NCBI GenBank assembly: GCA_963845565.1
Contig: CAWJSJ010000002.1
Span: 608,001 to 672,000, forward strand
Length of the DNA: 64,000 nucleotides
Source of the DNA: an uncultured Methylomirabilota bacterium
GTDB lineage: Bacteria > Methylomirabilota > Methylomirabilia > Methylomirabilales > 2-02-FULL-66-22
Direction of reading: 5' to 3'
Made by a program: the position numbers and the translations under genes. Below the pieces are notes generated by a model, which searched no databases, was not told the origin of the DNA, and was given only the letters and a program-made list of their open reading frames with translations. This document shows, in pieces, positions 26,410 to 36,012 of this stretch. Each line of letters begins with the position of its first letter. Positions within the stretch are counted from its first letter, which is position 1.

Positions 26410-29384
26410 GCCGCCCGCCCGCCCGGGTTGCTCCCGCCGCCGGCGCGACCACGGCCCTGGAAGGTTTCCTCCAGGGGCTGGCACGCCGCGGCCAGACCCG
26501 CGGCCACCTCGTCCACATCCAGGAGATCCCCGCCCGGACGGCGCGTTTTGCCGACCTGGCGCCCCCGCTCCCCGAGCCACTGCGGCAGGCTCTGCAGCAA
26601 GTCGGCATCGAACGGCTCTACACCCACCAGGTCGACGCCGTGTCTCTCGCCCGCGCCGGCCGGGACGTCCTGGTCGTCACCGGGACGGCATCCGGGAAGA
26701 GTCTGGCGTATCAGCTTCCCGTCCTGGAGCACCTGCTCTGCCACCCCGAGGCCCGCGCCCTCTTCTTGTTTCCCACCAAGGCGCTCGAGCAGGACCAGCT
26801 CAAGTCCCTCCGGCAGCTCCTCCCGCGCGGGTCCGGCATCCGGGCCGAGATCCTGGACGGAGACACACCGGCCAACCGCCGGGCGCAACTCAAGGCCGAT
26901 CCGCCCCAGATTCTCATCAGCAACCCCGATCTCCTGCACCTGTCGCTTCTCCCGCACCACGGAGCCTGGAAACCGTTCTGGGAGCAACTGCGGTTCGTCG
27001 TCCTGGATGAGTTGCATACCTATAAAGGGATCTTCGGCTCGCACATTGCCCACGTCCTGCGGCGACTGCACCGCGTGGCAGCCTTCTATGGAAGCCGCCC
27101 GAGCTTCGTGGCCTCCTCCGCGACGATCAGCAATCCGGCCGATTTCGCCCGCGGGCTTGTCGGCCGAGAATTCACGCTGGTGGACACGGATGGCTCCCCC
27201 GCCCGGGGGAAGCGATTCGTCTTCGTGAACCCGACCGGCAGCCCGTACGGAGAGGCCACGGACCTCCTCCTGGCCTGCATCCAGGCCGGCTACAAGACCA
27301 TCGCCTTCGCCAAGGCGCGGAAGATCGCCGAACTGATCACGATGTGGGTGCACCAGGCGGCGCCGCAGGTCGCCTCCTCGGTGCGGGCGTATCGGGCGGG
27401 TTACCGCCCCGAGGAGCGACGCGCGATCGAGCAGGGCCTCGTCCAGGAACGTCTCCTGGGAGTGGTCTCCACTTCGGCGCTGGAGCTGGGCATCGACATC
27501 GGCGGCCTGGACGCGTGCCTCCTGGTGGGGTATCCGGGCAGCATCGCCAGCACCTGGCAACGCGGCGGCCGGGTGGGGCGGGCGGGCCAAGAGGCGCTGA
27601 TCATCCTCATCGCGCTCCCCGACGCGCTGGACCAGTATTTCATGCGCCACCCCGAGGACTTCTTCGTCCGGCGACCCGAGGCGGCGGTCATCGATCCCGG
27701 CAATCGCCGGATCCTGCGGGACCACCTGGTGGCCGCCGCCGCCGAGCTGCCATTGCGGCCGGCCGATGCGGCCATCTACGGGGAGGAGCTGGCCCACCGG
27801 ATTCGCGAATTAGCCGCCGACCATCGGCTGGTCCAGAGCGCCGACGGGACCGAGTGGTACGCGCGCCGGCGCAACCCGGCGCGGGAGATCAGCATCCGCT
27901 CGGTGGGAGAGTCGTTCGCCATCCTGAACCCGGCGGGAAAGACCATCGGCAGCGTGGACGGCTTTCGGGCCATCCACGAATGTCATCCCGGCGCCGTGTA
28001 CCTGCACCAGGGCCAGCAGTTCGAGGTGACGGGCCTCGACCTGGCCCAGCGGAAGGTGCAGGCGCGGCCCGTGGAAGTGGACTACTACACCCAGACCTCC
28101 GGCGAGAAAGAGACCGAGATCCTGCAGTGTCAGGAGGTACGAGAGGTCAAGCGGACCGTGGCGCGACTCGGGCGCCTGAAGGTGACCGAGCGGATCACCG
28201 GGTACGAGAAGCGCCGGATCTTCGGTCAGGACCGGATCGGGAGCTACCCGCTGGACCTGCCGCCGCACACTTTCGAGACCCAGGGGCTGTGGTTCGAGGT
28301 GCCCGAGGCGATCCGGGATTACGTGAAGCAGGCGCCGCCCGGCGGGCTTCATTTCATGGGAGGCATCCACGCCATCGAGCATGCTGCGATTAGCCTATTC
28401 CCGCTCTTCGCCCTGTGCGACCGCGGTGACGTGGGCGGCATCTCGCACACCTTTCATCCGCAGGTCGGGCGGCCGGCCATCTTCATCTACGACGGCTATC
28501 CGGAGGGGATCGGCCTGGCGGAGCGGTGCTACCGCGTCCTGGAGGATCTGTTGGCCGACACGCTCGCGCTCCTCCGGGACTGCCCGTGCGAAACGGGGTG
28601 CCCCTCGTGCGTCCACTCGCCCAAGTGCGGATCGGGAAACAAGCCCCTGGACAAGGCCGCGGCGATCCTCACCCTGGAAGGGCTGCTTGGGCTGATCGAG
28701 GTCCCGGCGGCGATCCAAACGGTCTCCGTCGGGATGCTCCCCGCCGCGACCGCCTCGGCGCGGCCGACAGGGCCGCCGGCACGGACCTCGCTCCCCGCGG
28801 CGCCCCGCGCCCTGGTGCTGGACGTCGAAACGCAGCGGAGCGCCGACGAGGTCGGCGGCTGGGACCACGCCGATCGGATGGGGTTGGCGGTGGCCGTGAC
28901 CCAGGACCTTGCCACCGGCGAGGTGCGGGTCTATCCCGAGAACCGGGTCGAGGAGCTCCTGGATGATCTCGCCGCCGCGGCGCTCATCATCGGCTTCAAC
29001 ATACGCCGATTCGACTACTCCGTCCTGCGCGGCTACCGCGCACTGGACTACGCGGCGCTGCCCACGTTGGACTTGCTGGAAGAGATCCACGCCACCCTCG
29101 GCTTTCGTCTGAGCCTGAACCATCTGGCCCAGGAGACGCTGGGGGCGCCGAAATCGGCCGACGGCCTGCAGAGCCTGGCGTGGTGGAAAGCGGGGGAGCG
29201 GGACAAGGTCATCGAGTACTGCAAGGCCGATGTGGACCTGACTCGTCGGCTTTTCGAGTTCGGCCGAGACCGCGGCTATCTCTTGTACCGGGACTACCAG
29301 GGGCGTCCGGCGAGGCTCCCGGTGCGGTTCGGGGAAAAAAACCTGTTGCGCGCGGGCGTATTTGGATATAATCCCCCGGCGTGA
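26406..29384 (+). CDS. MrfA/YprA-type DEAH helicase (DUF1998) fused to an RNase H-like (YprB-type) exonuclease
   Basis: LYTHQ, GTASGKS, PTKAL, DELH, SAT, TSALELGIDIG, QRGGRVGR, CPCETGCPSC; C-terminal LDVETQ/FD/YCKADV. Confidence 0.9.
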   Translation: MSRPPARVAPAAGATTALEGFLQGLARRGQTRGHLVHIQEIPARTARFADLAPPLPEPLRQALQQVGIERLYTHQVDAVSLARAGRDVLVVTGTASGKSLAYQLPVLEHLLCHPEARALFLFPTKALEQDQLKSLRQLLPRGSGIRAEILDGDTPANRRAQLKADPPQILISNPDLLHLSLLPHHGAWKPFWEQLRFVVLDELHTYKGIFGSHIAHVLRRLHRVAAFYGSRPSFVASSATISNPADFARGLVGREFTLVDTDGSPARGKRFVFVNPTGSPYGEATDLLLACIQAGYKTIAFAKARKIAELITMWVHQAAPQVASSVRAYRAGYRPEERRAIEQGLVQERLLGVVSTSALELGIDIGGLDACLLVGYPGSIASTWQRGGRVGRAGQEALIILIALPDALDQYFMRHPEDFFVRRPEAAVIDPGNRRILRDHLVAAAAELPLRPADAAIYGEELAHRIRELAADHRLVQSADGTEWYARRRNPAREISIRSVGESFAILNPAGKTIGSVDGFRAIHECHPGAVYLHQGQQFEVTGLDLAQRKVQARPVEVDYYTQTSGEKETEILQCQEVREVKRTVARLGRLKVTERITGYEKRRIFGQDRIGSYPLDLPPHTFETQGLWFEVPEAIRDYVKQAPPGGLHFMGGIHAIEHAAISLFPLFALCDRGDVGGISHTFHPQVGRPAIFIYDGYPEGIGLAERCYRVLEDLLADTLALLRDCPCETGCPSCVHSPKCGSGNKPLDKAAAILTLEGLLGLIEVPAAIQTVSVGMLPAATASARPTGPPARTSLPAAPRALVLDVETQRSADEVGGWDHADRMGLAVAVTQDLATGEVRVYPENRVEELLDDLAAAALIIGFNIRRFDYSVLRGYRALDYAALPTLDLLEEIHATLGFRLSLNHLAQETLGAPKSADGLQSLAWWKAGERDKVIEYCKADVDLTRRLFEFGRDRGYLLYRDYQGRPARLPVRFGEKNLLRAGVFGYNPPA

Positions 29385-29452
29385 CTATCTAGGCCTCCGG
29401 AAACCTCCGGGGGAATGACTTCACCGCGTAACAAGGAGACAGGTAACGCAGA

Positions 29453-30073
29453 ATGATGGACTACAAGACGATAGAACGGGCCTACGCCATCCTGTCGCCG
29501 GTTTACGATTTCCTCTTCGATAAGGTTTTTTATCCGGGACGGGTGGCCGCCATCAAGATCTTGGAGGCCAAGCCGGGCGATCGCATTCTGGAGGTCGGTG
29601 TCGGAACCGGGCTCAACCTTCCGCTGTATCCTCGGGATTGCGATGTGACGGGGGTGGATATCTCGGAAGGGATGCTCCGGAAGGCCGAGGAGCGGGTCCG
29701 GACCCTCGGGATGCATCACGCCAAGCTGATGGTGATGGATGGCTCCCGGCTGGAATTTCCGGATAACAGCTTCGATCGGGTCATCGCCACCTATGTCATC
29801 AGCGCCGTGCCGGACCCGGTCAAGACGCTCCTGGAGATGCGGCGGGTCTGCAAGCCGAGCGGCCACCTGGTGATCCTCAACCACTTCAAGAGCGAGAACC
29901 CGATCATCGGGATGTTCGAGAAGATCCTGGCGCCGGTCTGCACCAAGATCGGCTTCGACACCGAGTTGAAGTTGATGCCGCTGCTGGAACGCGTGGCCCT
30001 GGCACCGGAGCAAATGCACCGGGTCAATCTGATGAATGGGTGGCGGCTGGTCCGCTGCATCAATCCCCAGTAG
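29453..30073 (+). CDS. Phosphatidylethanolamine N-methyltransferase-like (PmtA type)
   Basis: AY..LSPVYD..F, ILEVGVGTGLNLPLY, RRVCKPSG...LNHF. Confidence 0.75.
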   Translation: MMDYKTIERAYAILSPVYDFLFDKVFYPGRVAAIKILEAKPGDRILEVGVGTGLNLPLYPRDCDVTGVDISEGMLRKAEERVRTLGMHHAKLMVMDGSRLEFPDNSFDRVIATYVISAVPDPVKTLLEMRRVCKPSGHLVILNHFKSENPIIGMFEKILAPVCTKIGFDTELKLMPLLERVALAPEQMHRVNLMNGWRLVRCINPQ

Positions 30074-30185
30074 CCGCCGCGGATTCGCCAGACCCCGGAC
30101 GTCCTGAGGGCGAGCGGGGTCTGGCGCCGACCGATTCCGCCCCAGGCGTCACCGCCCGGGGCATTTCTGTCTGTGGAGTCCCGAC

Positions 30186-31403
30186 ATGGCCATGAAACCC
30201 ATGAAGGCGCTGATCTCCCTCGAGGAGGGAATGCGGATCCTGATGGAGAACGTCCAGCCGATCGCCCGGACCGAGCGGGTCGGGCTGCTGGAGGCGTCCG
30301 GTCGCGTCCTGGCGGAACGGGTCGTGGCAACCGCCGACGTCCCGCCTTTTGCACGGGCCGCCATGGACGGCTACGCCGTGATCGCCCAGGACACGTTCGG
30401 AGCCGGCAATTTCAATCCCGCCCAGCTGCGCCTGCTGGAGGTCGTGCACGCGGCCGACATCGCCGCCAGCACGGTCGAGCCGGGGGCATGCATCCAGGTG
30501 GCCACGGGCGCACCCGTTCCGGCCGGCGCCGATGCCGTCGTGCAGGTCGAGGATACCGAACTCACGGGAGACGTGGGTCTGGTGAAGATCTATCAGCCGG
30601 TCTATCCGCGTCAGAACATCTCGCCCCAGGGGAGGGACATCCGGGCCGGCCACGAGGTCCTGGCCGCCGGGACGCGGCTGGACCCGAGCAAGATCGGCGT
30701 CTTGGCCGCCCTGGGACTCATCCAGGTCGCGGTGGTGGCGAAGCCGACCGTCGCGGTCGTCCCCTCGGGAAACGAAATCGTCGCGCCGGGAGAGCCGCTC
30801 GTCCCCGGCAAGATCTACGACATCAACTCCTACACCCTGGCATCCCTGATCCAGGCCGTGGGCGGCCTTCCCCGGCTGTTCCCGATCATGCGGGACACGC
30901 TGGAGGACGTACGCCGGACCCTGCGGGAGGCGCTGGCATGTGACCTGGTGGTCCTGTCGGGGGGAAGCTCGGTCGGCGAGCGGGACGTGATGGTGGAGGC
31001 GGTGGAATCGCTGGGGGAGGTGAAGTTCCACGGCATCGCAGTGAAACCGGGGAAGCCGACGCTGTGCGGCGTCATCGAGGGAACGCTCGTTCTGGGGATG
31101 CCGGGCTACCCGACCTCGTGTCTCACCAACGGGTACGGTCTGCTGGCGCCGGCGCTTCGCAGGCTGGCGCATCTTCCGGAACCGAGGACCGGGGGCATCG
31201 AGCTCCCCATGGCGAGACGCTACACCTCGACGACCGGCCGCCATCAGTACCTTCCGGTCCGCATCGAGGGTGGCGAGGTGGCGCCCGCCTTCAAAGAATC
31301 GGGGTCGATCACGTCCATGGCCGATGCCGAGGGGTATATCGAGATTCCGGCCAACGTCGATCTGGTGGAAAAGGGGGAGCGGGTCCTGGTCAAGTTCTTT
31401 TGA
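30186..31403 (+). CDS. moeA: Molybdopterin molybdenumtransferase
   Basis: GRVLAE, PPFARAAMDGYAV, TGAPVPAGADAVV, SGNE, SGGSSVG, VKPGKP, GMPGYP. Confidence 0.93.
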   Translation: MAMKPMKALISLEEGMRILMENVQPIARTERVGLLEASGRVLAERVVATADVPPFARAAMDGYAVIAQDTFGAGNFNPAQLRLLEVVHAADIAASTVEPGACIQVATGAPVPAGADAVVQVEDTELTGDVGLVKIYQPVYPRQNISPQGRDIRAGHEVLAAGTRLDPSKIGVLAALGLIQVAVVAKPTVAVVPSGNEIVAPGEPLVPGKIYDINSYTLASLIQAVGGLPRLFPIMRDTLEDVRRTLREALACDLVVLSGGSSVGERDVMVEAVESLGEVKFHGIAVKPGKPTLCGVIEGTLVLGMPGYPTSCLTNGYGLLAPALRRLAHLPEPRTGGIELPMARRYTSTTGRHQYLPVRIEGGEVAPAFKESGSITSMADAEGYIEIPANVDLVEKGERVLVKFF

Positions 31404-31425
31404 GCGGACCCGAAGGGGAAGATCC

Positions 31426-31953
31426 ATGCGATGCGGACAGGCGATGCGGGCGGTTCTCGCCACGGTGACGGTGATGATGGCCGCCTCCATGGCGCCGGCA
31501 GCGGAGCGGCCGCCGTCGGAAAACGCGACCTACGAGATGGAGGTCATGGGCGTCCAGGCGGACCCGCAGTCCGGCGCCCCCATGGTGTTCCTGCGGGGCA
31601 AACAGGACAAGCGGGAGCTCGCCATGTTCATCGGCCCGTTCGAGGCCCAGGCGATCGCCCTCCCCCTGCAAGGGGTGCGACCGCCCCGACCGTACACCCA
31701 CGACCTGATGCTGGAGGCGCTGCACCGCCTCAAGGCCAAGGTGAAACGCGTCGCGATCACGGGCATCCGCGAGAACACGTACTTCGCGAGCCTGGTCCTG
31801 GACGTCCAGGGGCAAGAACTGGTCCTGGATGCCCGCCCCAGCGACGCCATCGCCCTCGCGCTCCGCGAGGACGCGCCCATCCTGGCGGCAGAGGCGGCCT
31901 TCGCCCGGTCGCCCCGGCCCGCCCAGGGGGCGGGGGAGCGAGGGACGCCATGA
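31426..31953 (+). CDS. Bifunctional nuclease (DUF151) family protein
   Basis: FIGPFEAQAI, PPRPYTHDL, TYFA, LDARPSDAIALALR; hydrophobic N-terminal extension. Confidence 0.85.
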   Translation: MRCGQAMRAVLATVTVMMAASMAPAAERPPSENATYEMEVMGVQADPQSGAPMVFLRGKQDKRELAMFIGPFEAQAIALPLQGVRPPRPYTHDLMLEALHRLKAKVKRVAITGIRENTYFASLVLDVQGQELVLDARPSDAIALALREDAPILAAEAAFARSPRPAQGAGERGTP

Positions 31954-32849
31954 GGCATTGGGTGCTGCCGCTGGTGCTCGGCCTGGCCCTGGCAGCCGCC
32001 GCTCCGGCGGCTGAGCCCCCGAAGGATGTGCGGACGCAAGAGGCGGTGCAGCGCTACAACGCCGGCGTCGGCGCGCTGGCGCGGCGAGACCTGGAGCACG
32101 CCCTCTACCAGTTCCGGCAGGCGATCCGGCTGGACCCCAATCTGGTCGAGGCTCATCACAACCTGGGCATCACGTTGCTCGACCTCCGTCAGCCCGGGCA
32201 AGCGGCCGAGGCCTTCAGCAAGGTGCTCGAGCTCCAGCCGGACCACCTGGAGGCACGCCTCGGGCTCGGGCTGGCCTTCCGCGCACAGGGAGACAACGCC
32301 AAGGCCATCGCGGAAATGTCGCAGGTCTTACCGAAGAAAGGCGACGACCCCCAGTTGCAGCTCGCCCTGGGAGACCTCTATCGTCGGGAGCGACAGCCGG
32401 ACCTCGCCGTCACTCACCTCAAAGAGGCGGCACGACTCGCGCCCACGGACCCGGCGGTCCAGTTCCAGCTCGGCTTGGCCTATACGGACGCCGGCAACCT
32501 GGATGCCGCCCTGGACGCTTTCCGGCGGACCGTCGAGCTGCGGCCGGACGACGCGGATGGGCACTACAATCTGGGCGTGATCGTGGGAGAAAAGATCCGG
32601 GTGCTGGTGGATGAAAAAGTGACCGCGTACCGCAAAGCCGCCGAGCTCCGGCCGGGGCAGGCGGACGCGCACTACTACCTCGGCGTGGCGTACATACAGC
32701 AGGCGCAACTCAGCCGCGTGGAGGAAAAGCACGCCCTACTCCAGCGCGCCCTGGAACAATTCCGGCTGTTCCACCAATCGGCGCCGCAGGACCCCAAGGC
32801 CCCCGCAGCCGTCCACAACATCCGGGTGCTGGAGCCCCAAGTGAAATAG
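31950..32849 (+). CDS. Secreted tetratricopeptide repeat protein
   Basis: Signal peptide MRHWVLPLVLGLALAAAAPA; repeated AI.LDP/AHHNLG TPR units; ATGA overlap with the upstream gene. Confidence 0.85.
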   Translation: MRHWVLPLVLGLALAAAAPAAEPPKDVRTQEAVQRYNAGVGALARRDLEHALYQFRQAIRLDPNLVEAHHNLGITLLDLRQPGQAAEAFSKVLELQPDHLEARLGLGLAFRAQGDNAKAIAEMSQVLPKKGDDPQLQLALGDLYRRERQPDLAVTHLKEAARLAPTDPAVQFQLGLAYTDAGNLDAALDAFRRTVELRPDDADGHYNLGVIVGEKIRVLVDEKVTAYRKAAELRPGQADAHYYLGVAYIQQAQLSRVEEKHALLQRALEQFRLFHQSAPQDPKAPAAVHNIRVLEPQVK

Positions 32850-33089
32850 GCGCGGCCGAGTCGCGACGTGCCGAGATGGCGGCTACGAAGGCGCACACCT
32901 TTGTGGCCGAGCGGCGGCTGACACGTTCCGGGTGCCCCTGCCTCAGGACTTCAACCCCACACCCTGCCTGCCGTTTGAGACTCTGACGCCGACAACAGTT
33001 TGCGGGCCGTCGCACTTTGTGTGACCTCGGATGCCACAGGGCGACGGTACCCTGGGCGCGTCGTCAACCCACTCACCAGGAGGCGCGCC

Positions 33090-33470
33090 ATGGCAGTCCG
33101 AGCGGAACTCCACGATCGTCCCACGACGAAGGGCTTCGGCGGTAACGGGGACGGCTCCCCCTGGACCGGCCTGCTTGAGGTCGCCCAGGCCTTCTATCGG
33201 TGGCAGAACACCTACAGCCCGGCCGGCACCCTGGAGCAGGAGTTCTTCGCATGCCCCGTGCCGGAGCTCTGCACCGTGCATCAGGATTTCCCGAGCCACC
33301 AGCACTACCTGCTCCAGCAGGCCCTCCCGGCGTGCCTCCCGGGCTGGGACCTCCGCGTGACGGCGAGCTTCCGGAGCGAGGAAGTGGGCACCTTGCCCCT
33401 GCGCCGGATCGTGGTCCCGAGCGGGCCAGGTGGCGTCGGGGAGGTGGATAGACTTCGAGCACATCGGTGA
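33090..33470 (+). CDS. Hypothetical protein, possibly a truncated remnant
   Basis: AGGAGG RBS before ATG; no recognised motif. Confidence 0.4.
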   Translation: MAVRAELHDRPTTKGFGGNGDGSPWTGLLEVAQAFYRWQNTYSPAGTLEQEFFACPVPELCTVHQDFPSHQHYLLQQALPACLPGWDLRVTASFRSEEVGTLPLRRIVVPSGPGGVGEVDRLRAHR

Positions 33471-33554
33471 GGCGGACGAGATCGTGGCCCTGTGATGCCA
33501 GGACGGGCGGGATTCCAGGGACTATCTCATGGGCGTCAGAAGGAGACGGCAGCG

Positions 33555-33707
33555 ATGAAGACCTCTGGGGAGAACGACAGCATTCTCTACACACTTGTGG
33601 CGGGGTTCCTGCGCGGGTTCATCAAGGGGTTGGTCCTGACGACGACGTTCTTCGTGGTTCGCGATGTGCGGGAACACCGAAGATCGAATCGCGGTGAGCT
33701 GTTCTAA
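33555..33707 (+). CDS. Small hypothetical membrane peptide
   Basis: AAGGAG RBS; 50 aa with one hydrophobic segment. Confidence 0.35.
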   Translation: MKTSGENDSILYTLVAGFLRGFIKGLVLTTTFFVVRDVREHRRSNRGELF

Positions 33708-34078
33708 CCCCAATCCGACATTGTCCAACCGCCAAGATGCCAAGGTTACCAAGGAGAACAGGGTTCTTCCCCGGGATCGAAGTGCTGCGGGCCCGAAAGA
33801 GCGTAACCAACTGAAATGACATGGTGAGCACGGACAGTGAGAAGCAATGGAATCTCGCCCATTCGAGGGGACCCGCTGAATCTTCACCGACCAGTGGGCT
33901 GGTAGATTCGGGGGGATGCGCGCGTGGCTTCGAAATAGCAAAAGGGTCCGGACAGGGGGATGGTTTCGCCCTGCCCATGGCCCATCGTCCGTGAGATGCA
34001 GCGTCTTGGTGAAGCCCTGGAGAGCCGACAGGGCATCCGGCCACACGCCGCTTCCTCCGCATCACACGTTCACACACC

Positions 34079-34112
34079 TTGACATATATACGTCTTTGGC
34101 GTATATAATGTC
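34079..34112 (+). promoter_or_regulatory. TA promoter with overlapping palindromic operator
   Basis: TTGACA...TATAAT within inverted repeat GACATATATACG...CGTATATAATGTC; ATG 3 bp after TATAAT, so probably leaderless. Confidence 0.7.
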
Positions 34113-34427
34113 ATGCTCAGCTTTATCGAGTTGCCCTCTTTCGCCGCCGTTCGGGATAAGTATCTGGACGACGACGAGTTCATGGCCCTCCAGCATCATC
34201 TGGCCGAGCATCCGAGTGCGGGGGAGGTTATTCCACGCTCCGGGGGCTGCCGGAAATTGCGATGGGGTGCGGCAGGTCGAGGCAGGCGGGGAGGCACGCG
34301 GGTGATCTACTTCTTACGGCTTGCTACCGGGCAGATCGTGCTGGTGACGATGTACGCTAAGAACGTCCGCGAAGATATCGATCCGAGGCTTCTCAGGCGC
34401 ATCAAGGAGGACTTCGACCGTGGGTAA
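34113..34427 (+). CDS. RelE/HigB-like toxin
   Basis: FIELPSF, LAEHPSAGEVIPRSGGCRKLRW, GRRGGTRVIYF, MYAKN. Confidence 0.88.
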   Translation: MLSFIELPSFAAVRDKYLDDDEFMALQHHLAEHPSAGEVIPRSGGCRKLRWGAAGRGRRGGTRVIYFLRLATGQIVLVTMYAKNVREDIDPRLLRRIKEDFDRG

Positions 34428-34812
34428 GCTGTCAGAGAAGGAATTGACGAACTGGGAGAAGACGCGAGACCTGAACGCAGAGCTGATGCGGGGTCTGCGC
34501 GAGATGAAACGCGCCGGATGGGCGCGGAAGACGAAGTTCTTGCCCCGGCGGGACGGCTCCATTCGACGTGTCATCTTCCGGCGCGACGGGACGGTTGAGA
34601 AGGACCACATCATTCCCGCGGAGCGAGCGCTGGTTGCGCGAGCGCGGGCGGTGACGGGCCTGTCGCAGGCGGCATTTGCCGGGCTCCTGGGTGTCTCGGT
34701 CCGGACGCTGCAGGAGTGGGAACAGGGGCGAAAGACCCCCTCGGGGGCCGCGGCCACACTGCTGAAGGTGGCAGCCAAGCATCCCAACGTCTTGAAGGAG
34801 TTGGCGGCGTAA
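34420..34812 (+). CDS. HigA-like XRE HTH antitoxin
   Basis: GLSQAAFAGLLGVSVRTLQEWEQGRKTPSGAA; overlaps the toxin stop. Confidence 0.88.
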   Translation: MGKLSEKELTNWEKTRDLNAELMRGLREMKRAGWARKTKFLPRRDGSIRRVIFRRDGTVEKDHIIPAERALVARARAVTGLSQAAFAGLLGVSVRTLQEWEQGRKTPSGAAATLLKVAAKHPNVLKELAA

Positions 34813-34925
34813 CATTGACACCAAGCGCTTCCTGGGAGCAATGCCGGCGCATCACCGGTAATCCAGCGCGCGGTGGAAAATGACTCCTTGTGCCTCTTGT
34901 GCGTTTTGTGGCGAAATGTCTCGGT

Positions 34926-35855
34926 TTATGCCTTCTCGGTCAGGGAGTCCTTGTAGCGCGGGAAGGCGCGGTGCAGGGATCCCGAGTCCCGGCCAACGAC
35001 GAATCGCGGCAGCATGACCTTGGTGAAGGCGCGGCTGCCGGCGAACTCGACCTCGGCGGCGGCGACCGGCTTCCAATCGGCCGTGACGATCAGCGCCTGG
35101 GTCTGCCAAAACCGGCCTTTCGGGTCCGTCGTCCGCACGGACGCTCGAGGCCCGACCGCCAAGAGCCGCGTGCCGTGCGGGACCGCCTCTCCCAGCGTCA
35201 CGGCCAGTTTGCTCGACAATCCGCATTCCCCCTGCCGTAGCGCTCCCATCCACCAGCCCAGCTCGTCTCCGACGACGATGTGGTAGCCGGGGAAGAGGCT
35301 GCCATCCTCACAGCGGAAGTGCGGCTGGGGCTCAAGCCATTTCCACACGAACTGGTCGTCGCACTCGAAACGGACCTGGGCGCCCCGGGGGTTCCGGAAC
35401 CCGCACCCCAAGCAGAACTCGTAACCCGGAACCGTGAACGCCTCCTCGCGCGCGCCGTCCCAGAGGCGACGGAGGTCCTCCGAGAAAGCCGCCAGCGGAC
35501 CCGCCGCGGGGCGAATCCACGCTTCCACGATCGGCCGGTCGTACCGAACGATGCGGCTGTACCAGGCACCGCCCTCCGGTGTCACCTCGGCCCTAAGTGG
35601 CGTGTCCAGCGGGATCTCGCGGTGGAGCACGACCTCGACCCGAACCGGGCGAGGCAGCACCGCCTCGCCACCCCGCTCACCGACGACCATCCGGACCATC
35701 TCGAACAGGAGAGCGGCCGCGCCGCCGCCGTGCCCGGCCTCTGGGGGACCCTGGAGGTCGGGGGGGAAGACCGCCGTGGCCCGTAGCCGGTCCAGCTTGA
35801 GCAGCTCGACCTTGAGTCGGCTGCGGAGATAGGCTTCCATGGATTCAGAAATCAT
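34926..35855 (-). CDS. Double hotdog-fold thioesterase-like protein
   Basis: LQGPP..GHGG; second domain CLGCG.RNP.G (PaaI-like). Confidence 0.6.
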   Translation of the reverse strand: MISESMEAYLRSRLKVELLKLDRLRATAVFPPDLQGPPEAGHGGGAAALLFEMVRMVVGERGGEAVLPRPVRVEVVLHREIPLDTPLRAEVTPEGGAWYSRIVRYDRPIVEAWIRPAAGPLAAFSEDLRRLWDGAREEAFTVPGYEFCLGCGFRNPRGAQVRFECDDQFVWKWLEPQPHFRCEDGSLFPGYHIVVGDELGWWMGALRQGECGLSSKLAVTLGEAVPHGTRLLAVGPRASVRTTDPKGRFWQTQALIVTADWKPVAAAEVEFAGSRAFTKVMLPRFVVGRDSGSLHRAFPRYKDSLTEKA

Positions 35856-35916
35856 AACAGCCTCGCGTGAGGAGCGGGTACCCCGTTCCGGCCCCGAAAG
35901 GAGAAAAGCCAATGTA

Positions 35917-35992
35917 AAACCGACAACCGACAATAGGAAACCGGTCAACCAGGTCCGTCATTGATCGGTTCTCGGTTGTCGGTTCTCGGTTT
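35917..35992. repeat. Inverted 7-nt periodic array
   Basis: AAACCGACAACCGACAA...TCGGTTCTCGGTTGTCGGTTCTCGGTTT. Confidence 0.7.
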
Positions 35993-36012
35993 AAAATTGT
36001 CCCCTGGCTTCA

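Noticed and set aside
33090..33470. Truncated AAA-ATPase N-terminus
   Set aside because: Only a vague resemblance and no Walker motifs; left as hypothetical.
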